64,000 bases of DNA from Eledone cirrhosa (lineage: Eukaryota), in NCBI GenBank assembly GCA_964016885.1, contig OZ024741.1:390352001-390416000 (forward strand). The letters run 5' to 3'. Shown one piece after another: positions 12,344 to 25,958 of the stretch. Made by a program: the position numbers and the translations under genes. The first letter of the stretch is position 1. Each line of letters begins with the position of its first letter. The notes under the pieces are model-generated. The model made no database searches, had not been told where the DNA came from, and saw nothing but the letters and a program-made list of their open reading frames with translations.

Positions 12344-12570
12344 AATTGTTTCTACTTTAGGCACAAGGCCAGCAATTACCCAGTGCATTACTGGTACTTT
12401 ATTTTATCGACCCCGTAAGGATGAAAGGCAAAGTCAACCTCGGCGGGATTTAAACTCAGATCGTAAGCACAAGGCTAACAATTTTGGGTGGAGGGGAAAA
12501 TCGATTAAATTAACACCTGTGCGTTACTGGTACTTTATTTTATCTACTCCCTAAGATGAAAAGTAAACCT
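12344..12570 (-). mobile_element. tRNA-derived SINE, two partial tandem copies
   Basis: TGAGTTTAAATCCCGCCGAGG B-box region + CTTTCATCC..GGGGTCGATAAAATAAAGTACCAG core; same family as 22887-23048 and 28578-28772. Confidence 0.75.
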
Positions 12571-12842
12571 ACAACCTCTCCACAGAACGAAGAAAGTTAG
12601 TTAATTGCAAAACAAAATGGCCGAATTTTTCGATATGTATATGGAGATATGATGCTTGCTTTGTAAAGCAAAATAATATTTACCATGACTTGTTCGGTGA
12701 TGTATTGAATTCGAGGGTTGCTTGAAATGTTCATAGCCTGACTATGGAGGATTGGCATGAGTTGACTGGGTCGTCATAGACCAAGTCAGTACTTAATCAG
12801 AGTCACTGTCCTCCCAGAAGAGCTGGGAGCCATATCGTGTTT

Positions 12843-13036
12843 ACGAGTATAGGCTGAAAAGTTTATAGACTGACTATGAAGACGTGAAGAGTTGTGAAAT
12901 CTTGCATGCAATTAATTTCAACTCTTCTTACTAATAACTGAACTGTTTCTTTCTGTTGAAAAAAAAAATACTTCGTATGGTCATTCCATGAGAGTATCTT
13001 GGTCAATCTATGAACGTTTCAGCTGATCCTCTCATA
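12843..13036. mobile_element. Degenerate mariner-type MITE
   Basis: TACGAG..GGCTGAAAAGTT at the left end and AACGTTTCAGCTGATCCTCTCATA at the right end resemble mariner TIRs. Confidence 0.4.
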
Positions 13037-13799
13037 TAGTTTTGTGGGTTTTCGTTCTCTAATTTCGGAGTACATACACACAACTTTCCTTTATATCATA
13101 GAAAATTAAAGTAGTAGTTTATTTTAAAAGAGGAAAAATAAGCAAACTGTAAAAAAAAAACACAACTACTGCTTGCAATGTTACTTTTATTGTAGAGTTC
13201 ACGTTTTGAGAAACGTGATGTGTCGTTTTCTTGTCTCTTAACAGGAATTTGAAATTGTTTCTAAGCAAAAAACAAAAACAAAAGAAAAAATACTTTCTCA
13301 CATGCAACGAAACAGCCGACAGCAATCCTCCTGTTGGTGGGAATGATCTTAAAATATGAAAAAGAAAAATTAATACAATATATAAATAACTTATAATGTT
13401 GATGTGACTTGTATTGTGACAATTATATCGAGGTGTTTCTGGCAATGATTATGCTTTTCCTTCTTTTATTCTCCTTACTTTCTTTTTTTCTTTCTTCTTT
13501 TCTTGCTTTTTTTTCTTTTCCGGTTCCTTCTTTCGAGGTTGGCTGGCTGATTGCCTGATTGGCTGGTTGGTTGATTGGCTGATTGGCTGATTGGCTGGTT
13601 GGCTGGTTGGTTGATTGACTGGTTGGCTGGCTGGTTGGTTTTTTAGTTAAGAATAAATAGATTCCCCGAACTAAAAATAAATTACTATTAATAAAGATAC
13701 GCAACAACAACGACAAGAATGATAATAATAATCTTTTCTCCTTTATATGTCCCTAACACACTTGCAGTAAAAACGGTTTACATCGGATTTACAAAACAA

Positions 13800-14990
13800 A
13801 ACGCGGGTTGGGTAGAGACGTTGTACAATATAGGATCAGAAGGTTTTGTCAGCTAGTATTAAGGTGGGGACAGGCAGGAAATGAAGAGCGAAGATGCAGA
13901 ATGACGCTTTAGGTAAAAACCTGGTGGGCATCACAACAACTGGTAGAGCGGGCTTTGGGATAGTTCCCAAAGACCGAGGTTAGAAAGGTCATAGGCACTA
14001 AAAGATGCTATCTTATCCAGGGAGAGGTTTTAACGAAAAGCGTGAATGAAGTGGGAGAGTATTCCGCAGCGCAGGATATTACTTGGTCTAACATCAATCG
14101 CATCCGATTCCTTGTCCAAGTAGTCCCCGGTATATTCTACCAAACGGAACTAATCGTTACACCTAAAGCAAACTAAAGATACCTTCTTGTCCGCTCTTTT
14201 ATGGAAGGGCATATGTAGTACAATACCTCAGCAGCTGCCCAAATGCTCTTGGAGTGTATTGTTATGGTTGGCTCCATAATGAGGGTATTTAAGCAGTTGC
14301 TAGAAACGTAGCCCTACCATCGGTACCAACAAACACTACGATGTTCCCAGAGCCTGACTTTTACCTGCTGAGGCCCTAAGCTATATGAAATCTAAGGCCT
14401 TTCTCTAAAAGAATTCAAGTAAAAAAATCTTTTAATAATTATACATGATTATTATTTATTAATGATTACAAAACGAAATTAGTTACAAAATGTTCCTTTT
14501 AACTAATTAAGTGATTTATTTCATTTTGCCGCAATAAAGATTAAAATAATAAAATGAAACTATATTTTTTAATGAGGCCCTCGAGTGTGTGTGGCCCGAA
14601 GCTAAAGCTTAATTAGCTTATAGTTATAAAGCTTAATTAGCTTATAGGTAAGTCCAGCACTGCATGCTCGAAAGAAATACATTACCACTGTCAAAGCCGC
14701 ACGTTAATCTTGGCAAGCAGATGGAATTTCCACAGAACATTGTAACAAATGTTTCTCCAGTCATGGCCATCACATCGGAATCGACAAAACAACTGATCAT
14801 ACTAGAACTTACAATACCATAGGAAGAGTGCATTGGAGAAAGCAGCAAGACGAACCACGTAAAATAGCAGGAACTAGTAAAGAAGTGCCAGGATAGAGGT
14901 TGGAAAACACACTGTGAGACTTTTGATGTGAAGGATTATATTCAAGGTTAGGGTAAAATCGGATATAGTGGAGGAAGGAGGAGGGGGGTG
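13800..14990 (+). mobile_element. Highly degenerate HERO-like RLE retrotransposon fragment, interrupted at ~14365-14650
   Basis: Broken translations LVGITTTGRAGFG, LSSCPNAL, LGKQMEFPQNIVT, STKQLIILELTIP*EE. Confidence 0.55.
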
Positions 14991-15629
14991 TTACTAAGTT
15001 CATTATCGAATTAGAAATGATGTTTGATTTTTTGTTATTGTGTTTGTTTCTTGCTTTTGTGATGTATTGATGGTGGAAGTGATTTTTTTGTTGTTGTTAC
15101 TCTGATAACGTGTTGGTAGCGGCGGCAGTGCTATTTCTGTATATTAAACTTACCCACTTGACTTTGGCGTATTTGATCTTCACCTTCATTTAAAGCGAGT
15201 GAGGTGGGAGACGGAAACAATGTTAGATTGTTCTTTTAACTCCTTAACTTTTACAGGTAATATTTAGAGCTCTTATAAACGTAATTAAAGTAGGCGGGCG
15301 AATAATGGTTTTGTGGTCGTCATTGTTATGATAATTTATATTTGTATTCTATAGAAGTTTGGTGGAAGGCCTGAATGGTGATGTATAGAAGGAGTGCCTG
15401 GACGTGGTAAAGGAGAAAAAAGATTTGACTTTTACAGAAATCTTTCCGATGAAAGTTTTTTGTTTTATGGTTGTTTTACTTATTTCAGCAAATATCGTGT
15501 GGTTAAAACCTCAAAAATTCATTAGATGTATTGGTTGTACAAGTTTCGGTTTTGAACTTGCAACGATAGTGTCATCTTATTTAATCTTTCCTAAACGCCG
15601 TATTCAGACTGTGCTTCTATACTTGCATG

Positions 15630-15971
15630 TGTAGCGCTCTCTAGACAGGGAAGTAGCTAGAGTTACTTCCAGGGAAGTAGCTAGAGTTACTTCCCGTCGA
15701 AAGTCTAGAACCCTCTTTGTAACTTCCGAAAAGAGGATATAAATAGCGGCAACGCAGTCAAGCTCTCTCTCTCTTTTGGCGCCTTCCTTCGAACTGACAA
15801 CACTGAAGACAAACATGTTAACTTTTCTCTAACCACCTATCATGGATCTGGACTATACCTAATTATGTACGAGAATATTTGTTTACAACAATTATAACAT
15901 GAAGCTACAATAAAAATGAAGACTTATATTCGATACCCGTTCCGAGAAACTGCTTACGTTTTATCATTACC
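15630..15971 (+). mobile_element. Possible solo LTR
   Basis: Starts TGTAG; has a 24-bp tandem hairpin duplication, TATAAATA at ~15738, a CT-rich tract and AATAAA at ~15909. No clean CA end or TSD. Confidence 0.3.
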
Positions 15972-16911
15972 TTTGTAATGGGAATTAACTCTCATTCGAC
16001 ATGGTGTTATGTAAAAATATCTTATCCTTTTCTTTATAAAAATTAGTAGTTAGATTCCGGTGACATTTACTCGAGTAAATAACCTTGGGTCGAGCAACAC
16101 TAAAATGGTGACCCTGACGGAGTGAAACACCAACTACTAAACATGTATACACTTCCTGCATGTACATTCGTCTCTAACCTTTACTGAGATACATAAACAG
16201 ATCATAATTTTTCCCCTTTCGTTTACCTATATTTGACAAATCTACACTAGCAAACTTGCATACATATTCAATATGCCAAAAGACAAAGTTAACAACTTAA
16301 ATTCATTCTTTAATTTCTACGTCCGTTTCAATACGGTTACAATAGTACCTGCATATGCAAACAATTGGAAATAATTAATTATCAATTATTAACACCATAC
16401 ATAATACCTATAACTGCATTTCTTCAGGAAAATATGAGAAGGAACAAAGTTTACCATTAAGAATAGACTCCACACCAAACATTGAGTGTAAAGTAAGCAA
16501 TTAAATATAAAAAAATATTTTGTACATAGAGTTGTTAGACTGAAAAGTTATAGGTTGAGTTACAAATCATTACCTCACTACTATTTACAATGTTATTAAT
16601 TATTTTTCCTTGTACGGTTAGAACAATATTTGCTGTTAGATTTGTACGGGCGGAAATTATTTAAGAGACAGTAGCAAGTAGGTTTAGGTATAAAGCATTA
16701 CTTAACTAATATTTACAATGTTATTAATTTTCATTATACAGTTAGAATAATATTTATTAGACTTACAGGAGTGGAAATTATTGAAGAAGCAATAGCAAAC
16801 AGTTCGCATTTTACATAAACAATGAATATATACATACGAAGCATACGTAAATTAACATTAATATTAATCACACACACATACACACATGTGTATGTGTGTA
16901 TATAAATTCTC

Positions 16912-17085
16912 GAAGGGAATCGGGAGGTGACCGTTGTTAAAGAAGGCACTCAATACGTTGGTAGAGTATAAGTATGTTTATTTTATGTACAGGACTAGGA
17001 CAGTTTCAATCATTCGAAATCATCGGGAATATTCTAATGATTTCATACGAATGAAAACGTTCTATTCCTTTAGAAGTCATCTCCC
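16912..17085. mobile_element. Diverged copy of the fold-back hammerhead element at 29650-29839
   Basis: Shared motifs GAATCGG(G)AGGT.ACC, ACTCAATAC, AGAGTATAA, GGACTAG..GTTTCA, ATGATTTC..ACGAATGAAA. Confidence 0.6.
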
Positions 17086-17089
17086 CCTC

Positions 17090-17173
<84 letters not shown>

Positions 17174-17200
17174 GGATGTGTCTTTGCACATATAAACTCG

Positions 17201-17288
17201 TATATCTGATGAGATGTCGAAGAAGAGTCAGGCCCCGGTCATTATGATCGTACTCTGAGCTGATCGATATTGAAACAATTGTAATATG
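17201..17288 (+). ncRNA. Type-I hammerhead with extended helix II
   Basis: TATAT-CTGATGA-GATGTCGA[43 nt]TCGATATT-GAAA-CAATTG-TA^ATATG; predicted GUA cleavage after 17283. Confidence 0.7.
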
Positions 17289-17824
17289 ACAATAACGTTT
17301 CTACATATGCCTCAACACTGACTTCGATTCTACTTATTTACACTCTGGACACTGCAGCCGCCTTAACTTTGGAATAAAACCCAACATGTGACGAACTTCG
17401 TAACAGCATTGAATACTTTGAATGGCGCCAACCCCAGCCAGTCCGTCACTGCTGGTGTCATTTGCTGACCAATTAGCAGTTAAGGCCACGCATGGGATAC
17501 TTGAAAATTTAGTAGTAACGTCGATTTTCGGAAACCCCTCACGGGACTGATGGCTGATGAGAATTCCCTTACCAGGAATTTGCTTGTTATGGATTCATTA
17601 TTAATCGATGACCAGCGGATTCTCCACGAAATTTGAAACAGTATTGTACCGGCTTAGATGTGTGCTAAACAGATACTGGCTGTTTAAATTGACCAAATTA
17701 TGAGTGCTAAATTGTGAAGCTAAGGCTTCCGGCTGCGAATGTTGTATTACCATTAATCCTATGCGTCTGCAAATTGTAAACAACGAGATCGAAATCACTG
17801 GATATCGATTTAATATTGACTATA

Positions 17825-18505
17825 CACAAGGGATATATGTGTATATGCTTTGTATCTATACATGTGTACATGCGTAATTTTTGGAATGTTTTACATAGTT
17901 TTTACTGTTCCATTAATGGATTTTACTTGTAATTTCCTAACTAGTTTTGTTCTTTCTGTTTCTGTGAAACCCAGCTTCTCAAGATTTGTATTGAGGCAGT
18001 TACTAACATATCCCATTGTCCTAATAACCACAGGCATAAATCTGAAGGTATAATCAGGGTGGAGTATCTGCAGATTTCTCATCAGTTCTGCATAAATATT
18101 CTCCTTTTCGCTAATCTTTGATATTATATTGGCATCTGCTGGGCCGCTAACTTCCACTACTGTGCATGCCTTCTTTTCCCTGTCCCATATAATTATATCT
18201 TGTCTATTTTTTAGGTGTGTGTGTGGGGGGGGGGGGTGTGATTGGAACATTCCAGCAGTACTCTTTCATATTATGTATGTATGTCTTCCATATTGCTGTA
18301 GCTTTTAATGTGTTTATTGTCGGTGTTATCTTTTCTACGGATTGTATTGTACAGTGTTTGGGCCACTACATCAGGCCTCATAGATAGATAGTACCGTGAT
18401 GATATCTTTGGACAGCTGCTGATGACATGGGTGACATCTTCGATGTTAATTCTGCTGAGTAATTCTGCATTTATTGTCACATCTAGGTGTTTTGCCTGCA
18501 TCCCG
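17825..18505 (-). mobile_element. R4/Dong-like RLE retrotransposon 3' fragment (second family)
   Basis: EDVTHVISSC, DIIIWD..VVEVS.PAD..KENIY. Confidence 0.75.
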
Positions 18506-18639
18506 TATGTATGTATATATGTATGTATGTATGTTCTTCTGGTTTTATAATTTCACAAATTTTTACCAATAGAGAGAGAGTCGGTTTCTAACATAGACAC
18601 AAGACTCATTGGAATTTACACAACATCAACTAGGTAGAT

Positions 18640-19146
18640 ATGTATGTATGTCTGCATGCATGTGTAGGTATGGATGTTATTGTATGTGTGGATATGTATG
18701 TTTTGAGTTGTATGTGTGCATGTGTGTATGCTTAGTATCTATATATGTGTATATGCAGTTATTAGATGCAGAATCTTTGGAATGTTTTACATAATTTTAC
18801 TGTTCCATTAATGGATTGTACTTGTAATTTCCTAACTAGTTGTGTTCTTTCTGTTCCTGTGAAGCCCAGCTTCTCAAGATTTGTATTGAGGCAGTTACTA
18901 ACATATCCCAGTGCCCCAATAATCACAGGCATAAATCTGAAGGTATAATCAGGGTGGAGTATCTGCAGATTTCTCATCAGTTCTGCATAAATATTCCCCT
19001 TTTCGCTAATCTCTGATATTATATTGGAATCTGCTGGGCAGCTAACTTCCACCACTGTGCATGCCTTCTTCTCTCTGTCCCATATCATAATATCTGGTCT
19101 GTTATGCCTGCATTTTATTGGGGTTTTTACTGGAACATTCCACCAG
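18640..19146 (-). mobile_element. Second 3' fragment of the same RLE family
   Basis: RPDIMIWD..VVEVSCPAD...LCKTFQRF; closely similar to 17891-18250. Confidence 0.75.
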
Positions 19147-19213
19147 TATGTATGTATGTATGTATGTATGTATGTATGTATGTATGTATGTATGTATGTA
19201 TGTATGTATGCAT

Positions 19214-19560
19214 GTAAGAAACTCCTTTCCAGAAATAACTTCTGGAAAGAAAAGGAAATGTGTGATATCCGAACAAGTATCCTCCACCTCCAACAAACTT
19301 ACTCTCCACCTCTGGGTCCCGACCGACAGGATGGAGAATACATTTCCCCGCAGGACGGTGAGAGAGACGCGCTGGAACAGCCACTCCACTTCGCACCTGT
19401 AGCCAACTCTATTTCGATAGCAGTGAACAGGGTTGTGGTCAGAGGGCTGGAAGTCTCCACAGCTACAGGCTATAACACAAACCTATCAGAGAGCGGCCGA
19501 TACTTGGACAGTTTGACCTGGCAGACAGCAGACGGTTGGTAGCCGAACGTACCTTGTTGC
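19214..19560 (-). mobile_element. CRE-like RLE retrotransposon 3' end
   Basis: K.SKY..L..RF...PVAVETS and WLFQRVSLTVLRGN..SIL are typical CRE C-terminal motifs. A 3'UTR hairpin TTTCCAGAA..TTCTGGAAA precedes a (TACA)n tail. Confidence 0.6.
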
Positions 19561-19975
19561 CACTATACTACTTAATACAACAAAATAGACATTAATTCCT
19601 TTTGGGATTTTCACTAGCCACATTCACTAAAACTTGACAATTCCAATTGGTTCGCAAAAACGAGAATGACACTCTATACCTACACACGTGAGAGGGATAG
19701 AAATTTGAGACATTTTGTTTTGCACAAAACGGAAAGAAATAGCCCAACCCACAGATGCAGGATTCATTACAGCATAGCGGCATATCACTCCAGTTCATAT
19801 GAGCTTTTAAAACCATACAAATGTGAAACCAGAGGTGTTATTGTGAACAAATTTTCTTCAAGACTCTGATTGCATTTTAACTTCTTTTTCTTATATGTAT
19901 GTATGTAAGTACATGTGTATGTATATATATATATATATATATATATAAAAACAAATAACGAAACGAAATTAAATA

Positions 19976-20019
<44 letters not shown>

Positions 20020-20021
20020 TA

Positions 20022-20610
20022 TACGATATTAAACAAATGGAAACTATATTTATAAAACCATATTTATTTCGTTATATATATTTCTGGGATATCATATTAA
20101 AAATATGGTATGCCTTCCTCAAACAAAATACAATACATAAGCTGTTTTATAAATAATTATTGACATACCTTATAATAATGCAACTTCCATTTAAAAAGTT
20201 GATTTGGTAGTGAAACTGTTATGACAGTTATATAGAAAGAAAAACGAAGATGAGAAGAAGAAGATGAAGAGATGTATGTAAATAAAAAAAAAAGAAGATG
20301 AAGAGATGTATGTAAAGAAAAACAACAGAGCGAGATAGAAATCAACTTTTTAAATGGAAGTTGCATTATTATAAGGTATGTCAATAATTATTTATAAAAC
20401 AGCTTATGTATTGTATTTTGTCTGAGGAAGGCATACCATATTTTTAATATGATATCCCAGAAATATATATAACGAAATAAATATGGTTTTATAAATATAG
20501 TTTCCATTTGTTTAATATCGTAAACCTACTCCAGAAACTGTTGAGTGCTTTTATATCAGTTATAAAATATTTACTCGTTGTAACCCAACAATCTTAAATA
20601 AAACTTTTGC
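20022..20610. mobile_element. Non-coding fold-back element with hammerhead (Penelope pLTR-like)
   Basis: ~184-bp inverted arms 20022-20205 and 20339-20522; the same family recurs at 36576-36912. Confidence 0.75.
20414..20479 (+). ncRNA. Type-I hammerhead
   Basis: TATTTTGT-CTGAGGA-aggcatacCATATTtttAATATGatatccca-GAAA-TATATA-TA^ACGAAATA; 8-bp helix I. The inverted copy at 20065-20130 has a C3>T core mutation. Confidence 0.7.
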
Positions 20611-20626
20611 ATATACATATATATAT

Positions 20627-20713
<87 letters not shown>

Positions 20714-20741
20714 TTTAATTTGGTATCCCTGATATATATAC

Positions 20742-21744
<1,003 letters not shown>

Positions 21745-21772
21745 ATATATATATATACATATATATATATAC

Positions 21773-22007
<235 letters not shown>

Positions 22008-22023
22008 CATATATATCTATATA

Positions 22024-22129
<106 letters not shown>

Positions 22130-22886
22130 AGTAGTAATCGGTTGGCTTCGTTATTTGAATTTGTGCAACTTGAAATCGATGACTGTCAACATAGATTGGT
22201 TTTTTACTCAACATAGAAATCGCTTTTCACAGTTTTTCTGTGGTGATCAACCGTAGGGACAATAAAGGTAGTTCCTGGAGAATTAGAATTAATAACTTAC
22301 ATGAATACACCAATTTTACAATTGAAGGATCAATATTTATTGTATAACTGACACGAGCTTCGTTAATATGCAAGTGAGCACATCTAGAATCGCTAATCCG
22401 ATGTATGTTTTTGGAGAATTCGAATTCCAATATTCTGCATCAACAGTTTTACATATCAGCTTGTCGAAGTCTAACAAAGTTTTTATTCACACAGGGAAAT
22501 GTTTATATATACATAGAGAGAGAAGGCGTGTCGCTAAGGAGAAATGTAGGTTATATAAAGTCATAAAAGTATCGAAATATCAACAACAATATTGAGAGAC
22601 GGAGATATGTAGACTTAATTGGGAGCTCTTAAGCAGTTGTAACTCTTATCATCAACATTGATAGTAATATCAACATTATTATTATTTTTTCTCCCCGTGA
22701 GGCGGGGCTAACATAATTAACTGAGGAGGCTGTTGATTTGTTGAATAAAGGATAGTTCGTTGGCCATTGGTCAGTGTCCGGCCACTTCTACTGAGATTTA
22801 AAGAATTCTTTATCAAGGATTTTAAACAGGTAGTGGAAAATCATTTTGTCATCTTAATGTTCCTAATGACAAGGCTAGTCTGTGCC

Positions 22887-23048
22887 GAGTATTCTCTGCC
22901 GCCTTTCCAGCATAGTTACGTCCCTTTACGGTCTGAGTTCAAATCCCGTCGAGGTTAACTTTACCTTTCATCCTTACGGGGTCGATAAAATAAAGTACCA
23001 GTAATGCACTGGGTAATTGCTGGTCTTGTGCCAAAAGTAGAAACAATT
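22887..23048 (+). mobile_element. tRNA-derived SINE
   Basis: TGAGTTCAAATCCCG B-box + CTTTCATCC..GGGGTCGATAAAATAAAGTACCAG core. Confidence 0.75.
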
Positions 23049-23954
23049 AATATATATATATAGGTAATTATAAAGTACAATTCCATATACAAATATTGCA
23101 CATATTCGTATCTTGTTTGCACAGGTAGGCGAATCCCAGGACAGACCAAGATATCTCGTATCTAGTTCCTTTTCCCTCCAGATCCCATATTTTGTTGGCT
23201 AAAGTTGTAAAATTCCTAAGTTTATTATTTTTAAAAGAATGTACATGGTTATATCATCGTTTCTTAAATACATTCGAAGTAGCCCCTTATATTTTACTTT
23301 TTGTTTGTTTGTACTGATTACACATTGGTATACACAGTGACATGTCACTCTACACATACATATTCTGTATGGAGCAGCTCTCAGGTCGTCAGCAATTGCA
23401 TCTTATCTTTTTTCTGTGGGATGGTTCACTATTATTATTTTTGTTGCTATTAGATGTGGTAGGTATAAGACTACGTAGTGATAGATTTAATCCCCTACTT
23501 CTAGTTTTTACTGCCTTGGGGTCATTTATGGGTGCCGGTTGAGAACATCTAAGGGGATTTTTTAACATTAGAATCCTGTTCCCTACTACAGGTGCTGAAG
23601 CATCTCTTATTGGGGATTAAAGAAATGGACTCGGTGGACTATTATAAATAAACAACGTGTCTCATTGTCAGGAGTTTGCTTGAAAGTTCACGTTTTGTAG
23701 TCGGAAGTTACGCCTCAGATAAATGTGTTAGTACCCCTGCATCGTAGAAAATATAACCAGTCCAAAGAGTTATAAAAAAATCACCAAGCGTTGCTGCTTT
23801 TCTTATTCAGATTAGTAAACAATAAAAATGAAGATATGTTTTTTTTTCTCATAATTATTTCAAAATATCTATATTTTATTTTTTAAATATCAAAATTGTA
23901 ATAATAGAATTTAGAAATGAAAATCTGTCGATCTTGAAGTACCTTCTTAGTTTT

Positions 23955-24182
23955 AGTCTTAGTTCCTCCAGTCCCTTGTGGAACATTGGGCGACGAGCTT
24001 CCTCTACTTGATCCTGTCACTGACGGTCCTTCTAGCACCTCTCCAGGTAAGTCCCATCTCCTGCAGGTCCTCCCTGAATATGCTCCGCCATGTTTTTCGT
24101 GGTCTTCCCCGTTCTCTCCTGCCACCTTCTGGTACCCAATCCATGGCAATAGGAGCAGGTCGATCCGGCAAACGAAGTACCT
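23955..24182 (-). mobile_element. RTE-like LINE 3' fragment
   Basis: VLRLP.DRPA..AMDWVP.GGRRERGRPRKTWR..FREDL. Confidence 0.7.
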
Positions 24183-24996
24183 TAGGGTAAACAATATTCA
24201 TTGTGTAATTCGTGTGTGTGTGTGTATTTAATAACGTACCTAATGAACGCGCAAACACATACACTCACAGACACATACATATTCATATGCAAAATGTGAC
24301 ATCGTTGTTTTGTTTCTATTGAAATGAAAATAAAAATTATCACACATACACTCACACACACACACATTCTCACATACATATACTAAGACAGACACACACA
24401 GACATACATTCACGCACACCTGTCTGTCATCACATATGTATCTATATGTGTAGATGTGTGTGTTTAATTGTCTGTGTCCCACACACATATACAAAATGTG
24501 ACGTTGTCGTGGTGGTGGTGGTGGGAGGTTTACTATAGTTGACTAAAGAAAATATTGTTATGTTAGTCAACACACATACACACACACACACATACACTCT
24601 CACATACACTAATATACATTCGAATACATATACTAAGACAGACACGTACACATACAAAATGTGACATCTACACTCGCACATACACTCACACGCATTATGT
24701 GTATGTAAGTGTATATGTGTATGTATTTAATTCTCTGAGGCCTAACGTACATAACGATCGCGCACAAACACAGACACACTCACAGAAACATACACAGTCA
24801 TATACAAAATGTGACGTCGTCGTCGTCGTCGTGGTTTACTATAATTGACTATAAAAATATTATTTTAGATAAAATCTAATAGTGTTTTAATCCAAATGAA
24901 AATAAAAATTACATGTTGACATTCCTGGAGTCTATTTGATTTGATTTGGTCCAGCCGTTTGAGAATGTATAGGAACAGACTGACCGAGAGACAAAG

Positions 24997-25085
<89 letters not shown>

Positions 25086-25847
25086 TATATATATATATAG
25101 ATAGATATATAGACTTTGCAATATGGAGCTATTCCATATTTTAAGGCTTAACAGCAAAATAGAAAGATCAATTTTCTGTAGGCATAAAATAGCTACCAAG
25201 TTCACAAATTTCAAACCACCGTGATTCGACCCAGCAATCCCAAAATTAGAACTGAACCACCTGGATTTTAACGTATGGAATACATACTATCACACCGCTA
25301 TTAGCTGTCAAACAGCCGACCGGTCACTAGATTATAAATCTCTTAACATCTCTTTCACCCTCTCTCCCTGAAACCACATCAACCCCATTAAGACAAGACA
25401 ATCAGCAAAACATTTACACACACACTTGTCAAAAACTTCCCTTCACCATCCACCCTTAGCCCTTGGGTCTCATACTAGTATCTCCCAATTAATCTCTAAT
25501 TTATTGCTTTTTCTTTTATCTGTCACTACATCAGACTCTACACGTATCTATGTATATTTCGAATATGACTTTCATGTTAGCACTAAATCCACCACATCAT
25601 CCTTGTACGAACACTTACTCACCACCACCACCACTATCATCTTCTGTACTTATATGCTCTCACTTATCCTTATTTCTTTATATTTTTATTATTTTTCCAT
25701 TTTCTTACTTTTTTACTGTATCTTTTTTCTTATTTTTTACTTTTTACATCTGTAACTTCTTTACCTATTTATATATTTTATTATTGCTGTTATTGTTTTA
25801 ATTCTACGCTATTTCTCTATATATATCATGCCATGTATGAATTATTC

Positions 25848-25958
25848 GTATTCTGAGGATTTGGTCAGAGGTAAATAATGTAATGGAGATCGAGTGATGC
25901 AACTTCGAGCGATTAGCGGCCTATAGACTCACCTGATCAATGAAACAATTGTTAATAC
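25848..25958 (+). ncRNA. Type-I hammerhead with extended helix II
   Basis: GTATT-CTGAGGA-tTTGGTCAG[64 nt]CTGATCAAt-GAAA-CAATTG-TT^AATAC; perfect 5-bp helix I. Confidence 0.7.

Noticed and set aside
17552-17582. CTGATGA-GAATTCC..GGAATTT stem
   Set aside because: Helix II-like stem is present but followed by GCTT rather than GAAA; incomplete, at most a fragment.
23488-23620. TTAATCCCC...GGGGATTAA possible piggyBac-like MITE
   Set aside because: Only 9-bp inverted match and termini are not the canonical CCC/GGG directly inside TTAA; could be chance.
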